A stretch of 63,713 nucleotides of DNA, counting the filler, from Craspedostauros australis (lineage: Eukaryota), in NCBI GenBank assembly GCA_030167865.1. It is 15 parts of 15 records of this genome, joined end to end, with 100 filler letters (N's around TTAATTAATTAA, not from the genome) between each part and the next. Parts side by side here need not be neighbours in the genome. Positions count along the whole stretch, not along the records: positions 1 to 18,185 come from JALAGF010001047.1; positions 18,286 to 22,240 come from JALAGF010001053.1; 13 more parts are not named here. The stretch is one strand, 5' to 3'. Positions 11,545 to 22,340 of the stretch are shown piece by piece. Position 1 is the first letter of the stretch. Each line of letters opens with the position of its first letter. The notes under the pieces were generated by a model, which ran no database searches, was not told where the DNA came from, and saw only the letters and a program-made list of their open reading frames with translations. Both the position numbers and the translations under genes were made by a program.

Positions 11545-11642
11545 GCTGAGTCATTGCGAAGTTGCTGCCGAGAGGGTCGCTGCTGGCAGACAGCACTCCA
11601 TGAGCTGCGAGCAGATCGCGCTCACCAAAGTCTCACCAAAGT

Positions 11643-14600
11643 ATGATCAACATGGAGGCCATCTTGCTGGAGGGAGACGATTCGTCGTCAGGATCGGAGG
11701 ATGAGGCGGTCATCGTTTCTACCAACACTTCTGCTGCGGCGGCAGTGGCGGCAACTGTCCCCCAGTCGGTCGCTCCCACTCCCGCGCCGGTGGCAATGCA
11801 ACGCCCAGCGCCAGCCCAAGCCAGAGCGCAGCCTCAGGCGCAGCCTCAGAGACAGATGCAAGCGCCAGCACCGGCGGTTCCCATTGCAGCCCCTGCGCCA
11901 AGGGCTGCACCCAGGGCCGCGTCGGCCGGAGGCAAAGGCAAGCAGCTTCCGCCTCCTCCCACGATGGCGAGGGTCCCCGCACCTGCGCCCGCCGCGATGC
12001 ATGCTCCCGTGGCCGTGCCCACATCTGTGCGACCATCACAGGCCCAACCGCAGACATCGGGTGTGGCGCAACGGCGACCAGCTGCCACCGCCACAGCAGG
12101 AGGGACGTCCATGAATGAAGCGGATCGCTTGGCGCGCTTGAAGAACCTCTACAACTCACAGCCAAAGCGATCGCAACCATCTCCAAACGTGGTTCAGCAG
12201 CAACAACAGCAACAACAACAGCGACACCAAGCCCGTCAGCCCCATCCACAAGCTCGAGTGCACCCAGGATCTCGTCCACAGCAGCAGCAACAACAGCCGC
12301 AACAACAGCCGCAACAACAGCAACAGCAAATGCAGGTGATGCCACAGCAATCCACACCTGGTCGCCAGGTCAGGACCATGCCTGCTCCAGCACAGCGCGT
12401 CATGGCACAACAACCACCACAGCAACAACATCAGAAGCAGCAACAACAACAACATCATCACCAACAACAGCAACAGCGACAGGCATTGGCTGCGCGCCAA
12501 CGCACCATGCCGATGCAACCATCGCAGAACATCCCGCGCGGTCCTTCGAACGCGGTGCATCACCGCGGAGGTACACCATCCCAAGCGATGCAAGCGTCAC
12601 CTTCGATGCGCCATGCCTCGACGCCACCCGTGGAAGATCCATTGGCACCAACTCCCCTGCACAAGATCCAACAGCGTGAGGCGGAGAAGCAACGAAGAGC
12701 CTTGCAGCAGCAGCAATACCAGCGTCAAAAGCAGGCACAGCAACAGCCAGCACGATCCCATGCTCATGCTCGCACCCACCAGCAACAGCAGCAACAACAG
12801 CAACAACAACAACAACAACAACTCCCCTCGCAGTCCACAACGCCACCATCGTCATTGTCCCGCCCCGCGTCATCGCGTACCCATGTGCACTCATCTCGCG
12901 ATCGAAGCAACGATGCTCAGCTGAGACGCCAGAAGGAGCGGTTCCTCATGTTCACAAGGGTCCTCATGCGGTACATCGAGCAGAAGGATCCAGCGCTGCA
13001 TCAGAAGGCCAAGATGATAATCCGAGATTGCGCCGAACGCAACAAGCGGCAGGAGCCAGGCTTCGAGAGCGTCACCACCAGCATGAGGAACCGCCTCAAA
13101 ACCTTGGTCGGTGATCAGTACTGGTCGAAAGCCGAGGCCTACCTGCGCAACTACATCGAGCGCAGAAACGAAGCAGCCAACGCTGCGAACGGAGGCTCCG
13201 GCCGTGGCACAAGCTCCTCCGGAGGAGGGGCCGCCGGCTCGTCGTCCACATCGCGGTCTGCTTCTTCTTCTTCGCAAGCAGCCGTTGATGCCCAGGCTGC
13301 GCAGTTGCAGAAGAAGCGCATCGAACACGAACGTGCGAAGCGATTGGCAGCTGCGCAAGCGGCTAAGCAAAAACAGAGCGCCGCAGCAGCCACTGCGGCG
13401 GCAGTATCATCGGCCAGAACGGCTGCAATCACCGCAGCAGCCACTGCACCAACGTCAGCCATTGTCTCCGCGCCAACATCAACCACGGCACCGGCGCCAC
13501 CACAACCACCACCATCATCAGCAACAACAGCCATAACAACAGCCATAACAACAACCACCACCACGTCGAGCGCATCAACATCCAAAGGCACTTCCAAAAA
13601 GACAAGCGCTTCAAAAGAAACAACCACGAAGAAATCCACAGCAAAGCCCAAGGCATCATCCAAGTCCACAGCGTCCAAACAGGATGGCGAGAAACGACGT
13701 CAATCCTCAACGTCAACCAGCAAGACAGCTGCAGCTGCGGCTGACAAGGCCGCTTCTTCCACCACCACGACCAAGACCACGAAGAAGACCGCAGTGAAAC
13801 GCAAATCGGCCACGTCGTCTCAACCAAGGCGAGCTTCGGGAACGAGCACTGCGAAGGCAGCGGCCGAAGCCAAGGCAGCAGCCGCGGCTAGTTCCGTGCC
13901 CATCAAGCCACCAGAACCGCCGCGTGAGCCACCGCCGCGCGAATTCAAGGAGTACATGGAGATGATCGACCACGCCGCCTCGTACGATTGGACGACGTCT
14001 GGACAGCTGCTGGGATCCACCGCAGACGTCAAGCTGACGGAGGAGCAAAACTTGTTGATGTACAAGAAACCAGTCAAGTCTGCTGCAGACGATGCCAAAA
14101 GCCCCACCACCGCTGGCAAATCCGCCAAGATCCGAAAGGGGTGGGGCAACGAGAATGTGTGCTCCGCCAGAGCGGCATTCGCCCGCGTTCGGTTGGCGCA
14201 ACGGAAACGATTGAATACGCAGCGTCAAAAGGCATCGATGACGACGACGACCACAGCTCCGCCGGCTGTGGCAGATGGATTGCTCAAGCTTCCAAGCACG
14301 GCAGCCCAGGCGGCGGCCACTCCAGCGCCAGTACCGGAACTCTCCGACCCTCGCCTGGCCTGGAAGAATGAAGCGACTGCGGAGCAAGATCCCGTTCTGG
14401 CCTTGTTGTCCGAAGCATGCCAGGCCTACCTGAAGGGCGTCCTGGAGAAGACAGTATTCTGCGCACGCCAACGTCAGAACGTGGACGCCATCCGTCTGTG
14501 GCATGATCAGCATCTCATCAACAAGAAGACGGGCAAACCCTCCAAGCTGTCGCAAGCAAAGATGGAGGAAGCAGCGCCGCCGCTCTCTTTGAGGCTTGGT

Positions 14601-14978
14601 TGCGATGTCACGCGACAGGCGGCGAGGGCGGCTGGCAACGCCGCAATGACCTGCAAGCGCATGGAGGACGCGTTGGAACGGCAGTCCGATCTGCCTCCCG
14701 CAGCGCGCGTCCTCGATGCATCCACCTTCCAGGATGTCTCCAGCATGTCCGAACTGGCCATGCGTCCCAAGCTTTTGAAGGGCGTCGAAACCGCCGATTA
14801 CAACGCCAAGCGAAGCTTCGAAGTGTACGGCGGCAAGCACGCCAACGAACCTCCCTTTGGGCGTCTGGCGAAGCAGGCCAAGTTAGAACTGGTGGATCTC
14901 TCCGCTGCAGGGCAGTTTGCGAATACTGGAGTCCACCAGGCCACCACTACCTCCATGTCTCTCTTCCTTCGCATGTAA
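11643..14978 (+). CDS. TFIID subunit TAF4-like protein (polyQ N-terminus, central helical domain, C-terminal histone fold)
   Basis: 1111-aa intronless ORF. Q/P/A-rich N-terminus, a helical domain (KERFLMFTRVLMRYIEQKD..LKTLVGDQYWSKAEAYL), and DPVLALLSEACQAYLKGVLEKTVFCARQR resembling the TAF4 histone-fold helix, followed by an AAGNAA segment. Confidence 0.6.
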   Translation: MINMEAILLEGDDSSSGSEDEAVIVSTNTSAAAAVAATVPQSVAPTPAPVAMQRPAPAQARAQPQAQPQRQMQAPAPAVPIAAPAPRAAPRAASAGGKGKQLPPPPTMARVPAPAPAAMHAPVAVPTSVRPSQAQPQTSGVAQRRPAATATAGGTSMNEADRLARLKNLYNSQPKRSQPSPNVVQQQQQQQQQRHQARQPHPQARVHPGSRPQQQQQQPQQQPQQQQQQMQVMPQQSTPGRQVRTMPAPAQRVMAQQPPQQQHQKQQQQQHHHQQQQQRQALAARQRTMPMQPSQNIPRGPSNAVHHRGGTPSQAMQASPSMRHASTPPVEDPLAPTPLHKIQQREAEKQRRALQQQQYQRQKQAQQQPARSHAHARTHQQQQQQQQQQQQQQLPSQSTTPPSSLSRPASSRTHVHSSRDRSNDAQLRRQKERFLMFTRVLMRYIEQKDPALHQKAKMIIRDCAERNKRQEPGFESVTTSMRNRLKTLVGDQYWSKAEAYLRNYIERRNEAANAANGGSGRGTSSSGGGAAGSSSTSRSASSSSQAAVDAQAAQLQKKRIEHERAKRLAAAQAAKQKQSAAAATAAAVSSARTAAITAAATAPTSAIVSAPTSTTAPAPPQPPPSSATTAITTAITTTTTTSSASTSKGTSKKTSASKETTTKKSTAKPKASSKSTASKQDGEKRRQSSTSTSKTAAAAADKAASSTTTTKTTKKTAVKRKSATSSQPRRASGTSTAKAAAEAKAAAAASSVPIKPPEPPREPPPREFKEYMEMIDHAASYDWTTSGQLLGSTADVKLTEEQNLLMYKKPVKSAADDAKSPTTAGKSAKIRKGWGNENVCSARAAFARVRLAQRKRLNTQRQKASMTTTTTAPPAVADGLLKLPSTAAQAAATPAPVPELSDPRLAWKNEATAEQDPVLALLSEACQAYLKGVLEKTVFCARQRQNVDAIRLWHDQHLINKKTGKPSKLSQAKMEEAAPPLSLRLGCDVTRQAARAAGNAAMTCKRMEDALERQSDLPPAARVLDASTFQDVSSMSELAMRPKLLKGVETADYNAKRSFEVYGGKHANEPPFGRLAKQAKLELVDLSAAGQFANTGVHQATTTSMSLFLRM

Positions 14979-15601
14979 TCGCATGCCAGCAGGTGCGATG
15001 GATACCATTCATACGTACATAGTCGTACCATGTGTGAAGATGCAAACATATTTGATGTCTGAAAAGTGGCTCCCAACAAACAAGCAAACAAACAAACAAG
15101 AACAACAGAAATAAAATAGAAAAACAGAAAGGTCGTTGGGAGCATAACCGTGATTCTTGTGGAACAGCTTGTATCGATGTGTCGGCTTGTTGTCTTGGCG
15201 TGAACACGTTGTCTTGTCTCTGTCTCTTTCTCTAGATCTGTTGGGATAGTTTATTGGGCTGTGGACAATCGTGCGAGATGCCTCTTGCGTTGTCATGGCC
15301 CGAGGTGGAGAATGGCAAAGTCAACGCGAAAACGAGAGCGAAACAAAGTCACAAGACCAATCCTCTTCCGCATTCTGTCCTCGTTCACTCTCTCGTGCTC
15401 CAACCTCATCAATCGTACGTGCTCGGACTCGTGCAACTGCATCCCCGAGACCGAACTGACTCACACACTCGCTGATACACTCGCTGATACAATCACCACC
15501 CACTTGTTCGGAGTGCAATCGTGGAGGACAGCAAACAACACGATCCCACGATCCCACAATACACGCAATACAACACAACCCAATACTACTATACGAGTAG
15601 C

Positions 15602-16411
15602 ATGCCAGGACCAATTGCAAGCCTGACGTACTTCGGGCTCATTTGCCCCTGCTTCGAGAAGGAGGAGGATCGCAATGCGAGGAGCTCCGTCAACGAGCTG
15701 AACCAATTGGGCGCCTGCGTAGATTGGCATCCCGTCGCACAGAACAATACAAGCGCGTCCGGGTTCGTGCGCGGTTTGTTCTCCAGATCTCAATCCTCCT
15801 CATCCTCGATGGGTGCGTCACCCATGATGGCGCAGATGAAGCTGGTCGATGCCACGAGAGACAACATCAACAACGGCGACCCGTTTCCGGAGCTGCAGAT
15901 CAAGCCGTTGGGGTCATCCAGCGTGATGGAATCGCCGGATCTTGAAACGGATGATCCCGAATTGGGCGGTTCGGCGATGCGATCAGGCGGCGGCGCGCCG
16001 GCGATACAGCTGGATATACCGTTGCATCACATCTTGAGGGTGGAGGATTCGGCGGCCGATCCCACGATGGTGATCCTGCACACCAAGGACATTCATGCCG
16101 TCGACGACAAGAAGTTTCAGAAGGAAGCTGCGAGGATCGCCTTCGATTCGCAAGATAAGCGCGACAAGGTGTCGCTGGATTTGAAGCTGCTGATCGAGTG
16201 GCACAAGCACAAGCAGCCCCACATCGAAGAAGAGCTGCCACGGGACGGACTCAAGGCCCGCGCCAAGAAGGCGGCGCATTTCGCACGGCGGGAACTGGAA
16301 ATGCGGGAAACGAAACGGACCAGGGAATCGCGGAAGGCCAAGTACATTCAGGATTCCGGTGGCCTCAAGTACACTGCCATCGCAATGGCCAATCGGACGG
16401 TGGGGTCGTAA
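15602..16411 (+). CDS. Hypothetical protein with a possible PH-like beta region and basic coiled-coil C-terminus
   Basis: ATG at 15602 with coding-like GC3. Segment LDIPLHHILRVE..MVILHTK..RIAFDSQDKRDKVSLDLKLL has a PH-like strand-helix pattern. Ends GGLKYTAIAMANR. Confidence 0.7.
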   Translation: MPGPIASLTYFGLICPCFEKEEDRNARSSVNELNQLGACVDWHPVAQNNTSASGFVRGLFSRSQSSSSSMGASPMMAQMKLVDATRDNINNGDPFPELQIKPLGSSSVMESPDLETDDPELGGSAMRSGGGAPAIQLDIPLHHILRVEDSAADPTMVILHTKDIHAVDDKKFQKEAARIAFDSQDKRDKVSLDLKLLIEWHKHKQPHIEEELPRDGLKARAKKAAHFARRELEMRETKRTRESRKAKYIQDSGGLKYTAIAMANRTVGS

Positions 16412-17019
16412 CGTGCACGTTCGCTTATTCTTGCATTCTTGTATTTGAAGAAGATTTGAAATGGGATGCATGGTGCGGATACAAGTATATACTAGTACAC
16501 TTTGCACTATTTTACTTGGATACTCGTAGCGCAGACGGATAGTATTGATACCATGCAACTCCGAACGTAGCTTGTATGGCCTTTGTACAGGCCAGTGCGA
16601 CATTATTGTGGGTTCATCGTTGCGCGGTGCTTCTCACAAGATAGCAACAATGGTCATCTTGCCATAGGTACTCTGATCTGCTCGTAGGTCGCACAAAATG
16701 TGACCGTATTGAATCACTCTAGCTTCATTCCACTCGTACTACGCATAGACTTGGATCGAGTCAAGAGTTGGGAATGAACACTTTCAGTTGACCAAAATGA
16801 CCAACAACATTTTTCGAAACGCGGGTTCCAGGTGGAGGAAACACCTCAACAACATCAGCACCTGCCGATCGGTTTCGCTCATCTTCGTGATCGTGCGCAT
16901 CTTCGTGTGTACGTGAACGTACTGATGCCATCCTCACAAAAATCTGAGCCCCAACCCAACCACTACACCCAATCGAGTAGATCCAGCAGGCAACAGAGGG
17001 CAAGAGGAGACAAGGACTC

Positions 17020-17886
17020 ATGAGCATGACGACCACGAGAATATCCGTGCTGCGAGCCATCTTTCTGGCCGTGACGGCATCGTTGTTGCTCCTGGCAACT
17101 GCCAACGCCAAGCATGCGCACGCGGCTGCCTTGACCTCGGGAAGATGGAATGGACGATGGGCGACAGGTGCTTCCACAGTCGATCTTTCACTGCTGCTGA
17201 GGCAGCGAGGTGGTGCTGCGATGGATGACGAGGACGAGGACGAGGACAGCAATATCGATGGCGATATCGATGGCGATGGCGATTCCGATGATGAATACGA
17301 TGATGAAGAGGAATCCGAAGTAGATGAAGACGAAGAAGATCTTTTCGATGACTTTGAGACGGATGATGACAACGCCGATGATTTCGCCGAAAACGAGCTC
17401 GGTAAGGTACTTAGAAAGGGGTACGAAGACACACCGCCACTGACGAAGATGTACCTGGGCGCATCGCTGTTGGCAACGACGATTGGCTGCTTCACGAACC
17501 AAAACCAATTCCCGACATTCTTGTCGTTGGACTGGACGCTGACGCTGAAGAAAGGGCAGATCTGGCGGCCGTTCACTTCGTTCTTGAACTTTGGCGGTGT
17601 TGGGCTCAGCTACGCGATGACGATGAACTTCGTGTGGAACTACATGTGCTCGTTGGAGCGATTGCATCACGACAAACCGTACGAATTCTGGACGATGTTC
17701 CTGTTCGGCATGACCAGTCTGCTGGTGGGCTACCCAGCGCTCAAGCTAAGCCCGACCTTCTTGGGTCACAACCTCTCGACTTTCTTCGTCTACGTTTGGA
17801 GCAAGTACAACGAAGGAACCATGGTGAACATGTTCGAGCTCGTCGAGATCAAGGCGGAGTTGCTGCCCTGGATCTTCCTAGCACAG
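17020..17886 (+). CDS. Derlin, symbiont-derived ERAD-like (SELMA) sDer1 type; first exon only, 3' part lost at the contig end
   Basis: Signal peptide, transit-like segment ending LRQRGG, acidic linker, then the Der1 core TPPLTKMYL..GQIWRPFTSFLNFG..SLER..FLGHNLSTFFVYVWSKYN..KAELLPWIFL. Splice donor CAG|GTGAG at 17887. Confidence 0.88.
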
Positions 17887-18185
17887 GTGAGTTTGCAGAT
17901 GGCGTGCGCATCAAATGGCACTGACGCCGTGATTGATGTGATATCGACGGTGGTGATGGTGGTGATAATCCTGTCGGACCGGCGCTTGGTCTCTCCATGC
18001 TTCCTCCACCAAGTGTTTGGAGTACATGGATGTCGGCCTGCCTGCCTGCCTTGATAGAGTACACCTTGCCGGCATTGATAACAAGATTGTATGCCTGTAG
18101 GCAAGTGCTTTTGTCCAAGTCGATTGCATCCCGCCAGACTCTTCCTCTCTCTGAATTCTTCTTCTCACATCGCTTTCCTCCCCCC

Positions 18186-18285
18186 NNNNNNNNNNNNNNN
18201 NNNNNNNNNNNNNNNNNNNNNNNNNNNNNTTAATTAATTAANNNNNNNNNNNNNNNNNNNNNNNNNNNNNNNNNNNNNNNNNNNN
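18186..18285. other. Artificial contig linker N44-TTAATTAATTAA-N44 (first of 14)
   Basis: Identical 100-nt linkers with stops in all six frames start at 18186, 22241, 23700, 25412, 27377, 45491, 47000, 48476, 51266, 56202, 57399, 59223, 60707 and 61890. Confidence 0.98.
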
Positions 18286-20199
18286 GATGCTGTCAATTCG
18301 ATATCCTCTTGATCTGCTTCGTGGTCGCGCCGATGATGATCGTTCATCGCAGGACTTCCGTCGCCCATCTTCGCCACATGGTGTCGATTGGCTACGGCCA
18401 CGTTGATTTGGTCTTCGCGAACTTCCTCGGTCATGCGTTCGGGAAGGTGAGCCCTTGGGCCGTTGCAAACCAGTCCCAGCGGAGTGCGCATTTGAGTTGG
18501 TTTCGCGTGAACGCGAGGCTGCGTTCATGTCATCCGAACTGCCAGATGTTCGTTGTCGCCGTGATGATGGCGATGAGTCCATCGATACTCGCGCAGTTCT
18601 TCTGCGGCCGCGGTCGGACGGGCTTCGAAGACTCCGCGCCGATGGCGAGCCGCGGCTTCTTCCAGAGGAGCAAGTGTGAATTGCTCCGCCACAACGATGA
18701 CGCAATGATGTCGAATGCTCCACACTCTTTGATCTTGACGATGTCGAGTACAGCTTGCCACTGGTGTGCTGTGCGCTTCTCCGCCGATGCCGTGGCGACG
18801 GTAATATCGATGGTGATATCGATGGTGATGACACGCCTCTTGTTTTGCTGGAGTGGTGACGTCGGGGCCCATTGCCAAGCACCTTGGAGATCCTTTCCTT
18901 GATCGCCTCGCGCAGAGCATCCGTGCTTCATTCGCATGAACGTCGTTGCTTTGAGTCTTCACTTGGGCGCAACGAACTGCATGCAGATCTGTTGTGAGAA
19001 GGAGCCCCTCGTTCCTTCTTGCTCGATTGCAATTCGATTCCCAAACTCAAGGCTCCAGGACTGGATGGGGCTTGGGGTGCGGCCGAGACACCTCTGTGTT
19101 TGTGTTTGCGTTCGAATCGTTCAAGATTGAGTTTGGATTTGGACTGTGATGATGATGACGGTAGCGACGATGATAATGCCTTTGCGGATGCTTTGGTCAA
19201 GGCAAGATTGGCCAATTGTGATGGTCGGGATTCAAGAGATGGTCGTTGCTTCGATTTGGGAGGATTGGTCAACGACACTTCACGTCATGATGATCGTTTG
19301 GCCTTGAGGATGCTTGCCAACGTCAACCTGCACTTGTTCAACGACCAAGACTGTTGTCTCTTTCATGTATGTGGCTGAACGGGGCTGGTGTAGATGCCGC
19401 GCTCCGACCTCCAGGCGTGACAGGGACCACAGAGCTTCTCCCACCGTTCGTTACGGCAGCACTTGTTGCAATACCCGATGTCGTCGTTGTTGTGGAGACT
19501 TGGCAGATTTATCAATGACTCCAGGCTCTTGCTACGTGGCGTTTTCGTTGTCGCAACTCGAGATAGAGCCAGCGTGCTGGCTGCACTCGTCATTCCGGTT
19601 GTGTCTGATGTGTCTGGTGTGACTAGTATGCTGCGTCCATCTTTCGAGAATTCCAAGAACTCCAAACTCTTGCTCCTCGATTTGTCGCTGCTGGTTGTTC
19701 CGTTGGAATTCGTTCTTGGCCTTGGCCTACGTCTCCAACTCTGGGCAAGCTTCGTTTTGTCTTGGCTGCTCCGTTCGCAGGCCGCGCCGAGTGCTGGGGC
19801 TGTGGCGAAGCTGAGTCCACCTGGGGTGTTTGGCACTGGTATCGATTCGTTGGTGTTGAACTTGGTGGGATCAAAGGAGCTGGATGACATCTCGTGATCT
19901 TGCATGTTGAGCATGTCCAGACTCTTTGCATGTGATCGTTTCACAGCCGAAGCTTTCGCATCTTTTGCTGTACTTCTATTGGCGCTGCTTGGTGTATCTG
20001 TGCTGACACTCGCACGACCACCTGATTTTGCAGCTGCTTTGGCCTCTTTGGCAACGCTGGTGGGCTTGCTCGCCTTCGATTTCGTGTCGGCCTGTTGCGG
20101 TTGTTTGGTCTCCGTTTGCTTCTCTGCTATCAGTTTGACACCGTCCTCTTCCAGCAACTTCGATCGTCCTGGCCGCACGTAGGTTCGAACAGAGTATCA
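18286..20199 (-). pseudogene. Long Ser/Arg/Lys-rich reading frame interrupted by in-frame TGA stops
   Basis: ORFs 19363-20178, 18928-19278 and 18238-18882 share one frame. They are separated only by TGA codons at 19365-63, 19287-85 and 18930-28, with another TGA at 20199-97. A (R/A)SKS(L/V)E-like motif recurs along the frame. Confidence 0.6.
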
Positions 20200-20712
20200 G
20201 GCTGGACGCTTTGCCGTGGCAACTCCCAGAGTAGATCGTACTCATGGAAGGTTCCATTCTCATCGTCGTACGGCGGGTGGGTCAAGGTGCAGAGCAACTG
20301 GCGAGCCTTCCCACAATGCCCCTTGGATGTCAATGCCTCGTCATCTTGTCTGATTGTTTGTCTGATGGTTTGCGTTGTTGGTGGTGGTACCAATGTGAAG
20401 GGATGCGGCTTCATTGGAGGGGTCGTCATCGTCATCGTCGAACAGAGTTGTGTCGCATGAAGAGATGCTGGTTTGCGTCATCATCATCGGTGTCGTCATG
20501 GGTGTTGTTGTTGACGGATATCTCGCCTGTGTAGATGCATTGGAGGACGTATCGGACGTGTTTTGGTTGAAGGTTGGGAAGAGGGATGGTTACTTGCATG
20601 GGGGGCGCGCCGTCTTCGGTGCCATCATGCGCGCATTGATGTTGGATTCCTTTGTCGACCAGTGTCTCAATTGATAGGACGGCAATCATGAGAACTTCAG
20701 AGTTTGCCTAGG

Positions 20713-21723
20713 TTAGTTGCTGTTGGTCGCCCTGTCCACACGAGTAGATGGTGTCTGCCCTGCTGTCGGTTTGGAAGGATCTGAGCCGGACTTCTGCAAT
20801 GCGATGTTGGTCCTCTTGTGGGTACTGTGTTTGTGTTCATTCTCTTGCTCGTTTTGTTGTAAGCGTTGCTGTAGTTGCTGCAGTTGCGTGTGAGATGAAG
20901 GCGAAAGTCCTCTGATGAGGGACTCGATACACTCCAGCTTGCCATGTTCGCATGCGTGAAAAAGGGGTGTGGAACCGTGGTTGTTTTGACAGTTGATGTC
21001 TGCCCCACCTGATTCGATGAGATACTCGATACACTCCAGCCTGCCCCAGCAGCATGCCGCACCAAGGGGAGTATCACCATCGCTGTCTTTGCAGTTGATG
21101 TTAGCCCTACCTGATTCAATGAGGTACTTCATGCACTCCAGGTGGCCTTTTATGCCTGCCACATAAAGGGGAGTCCATCCATCATCATTCTTGCAGTTGA
21201 CGTTCGCCCCACATGATTCGATGAGGTACTTCACACACTCCAGGTGGGGGCGGGGCCTGTAGCATGCGCGATGAAGAGGAGTATCACCATCGCTGGCTTT
21301 GCAGTTGACGTTCGCCCCACATGCTTCGATGAGGTACTTCGCACACTCCACATTGCCGTCGGCGCATGCCCAATGAAGGGGAGTTTCACCATCGCTGTCT
21401 TGGCAGTTGACATTCGTTCCACATGATTCGACGAGGTACTTCACGCACTCCAGCTGGCCGGTTTGGCATGCCCTATAAAGGGGTGTGCGTTTACAGATGT
21501 CTTCGTAGTTGACGTTCGCCCCACATGATTCGATGAGGTACTTCACACACTCCAGCTGGCCTTCGAGGCATGCCAAATGGAGGGGCGTCCAACCATTACT
21601 GTCTTCGCAGTTGACATCAACTCCTTCATTCTGCGTCTTGTTCTGCTTCTTCCATTCCTTCAACACCGACAAGTCACCTGCCTCGGCAGCATCAAAGAGT
21701 TGTTCGTTCGTAACATTCGGCAT
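20713..21723 (-). CDS. Ankyrin-repeat protein
   Basis: About 7 tandem 34-aa (102-nt) repeats of the form GxTPLHxACxxGxLECVKYLIESCGANVNCxDxD. Likely start MPNVTNEQLF at 21723. Confidence 0.93.
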   Translation of the reverse strand: MPNVTNEQLFDAAEAGDLSVLKEWKKQNKTQNEGVDVNCEDSNGWTPLHLACLEGQLECVKYLIESCGANVNYEDICKRTPLYRACQTGQLECVKYLVESCGTNVNCQDSDGETPLHWACADGNVECAKYLIEACGANVNCKASDGDTPLHRACYRPRPHLECVKYLIESCGANVNCKNDDGWTPLYVAGIKGHLECMKYLIESGRANINCKDSDGDTPLGAACCWGRLECIEYLIESGGADINCQNNHGSTPLFHACEHGKLECIESLIRGLSPSSHTQLQQLQQRLQQNEQENEHKHSTHKRTNIALQKSGSDPSKPTAGQTPSTRVDRATNSN

Positions 21724-22340
21724 TTTGAGAGGATGGTCGATGGTTGGTGGTCTGTTGGCGTTGGATTGGCTGTCGAGAAAGTGTGTAGTCTGAGCTATTA
21801 TGCCTATGGCAGAGATGTCTGTTGTTGATGTGCTCGAGTATGGTGTTGAGTGGTGCGTGTTGTGGTCTTGGCCGCATGGTCCTCTCTTTCTCTTGTGTTT
21901 GTGCTTGTTTTCCTCCTTCTCCATCACGGCACATGAATTCTGCTGAATCTGTTGTTCGGAAGTCCACGATGTGCAGATTTAGTGCCAATTCCCGAATCTG
22001 GCCGAATCCGAACAATGAGTGTCGATGGACAGACGATACCGCACAAACCACGTGTAGGATCCACGTTGAGCAAATGACCGCTCCGCACAGTCATAATTTT
22101 TCAGAACAGACAGGTTTCACCCCCCAACACCTCCGGTCACGTGAAAAACCTGCACACACGAACATTGCTCGATTCAGTCGTGTTTAGAGCCATTCAACCT
22201 CAAGTCGATCGAGTCAAACTCATACCATTCACCTCTTTGCNNNNNNNNNNNNNNNNNNNNNNNNNNNNNNNNNNNNNNNNNNNNTTAATTAATTAANNNN
22301 NNNNNNNNNNNNNNNNNNNNNNNNNNNNNNNNNNNNNNNN

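Noticed and set aside
18928..19365. Selenocysteine or alternative-code reading of the in-frame TGA codons
   Set aside because: The contexts are disordered Arg/Ser-rich sequence with no redox motif, and neighbouring genes use TGA as a normal stop. CpG decay is the simpler explanation.
20940..21620. 102-nt periodic repeats resembling an array
   Set aside because: They are in-frame ankyrin coding repeats, not CRISPR or satellite DNA.
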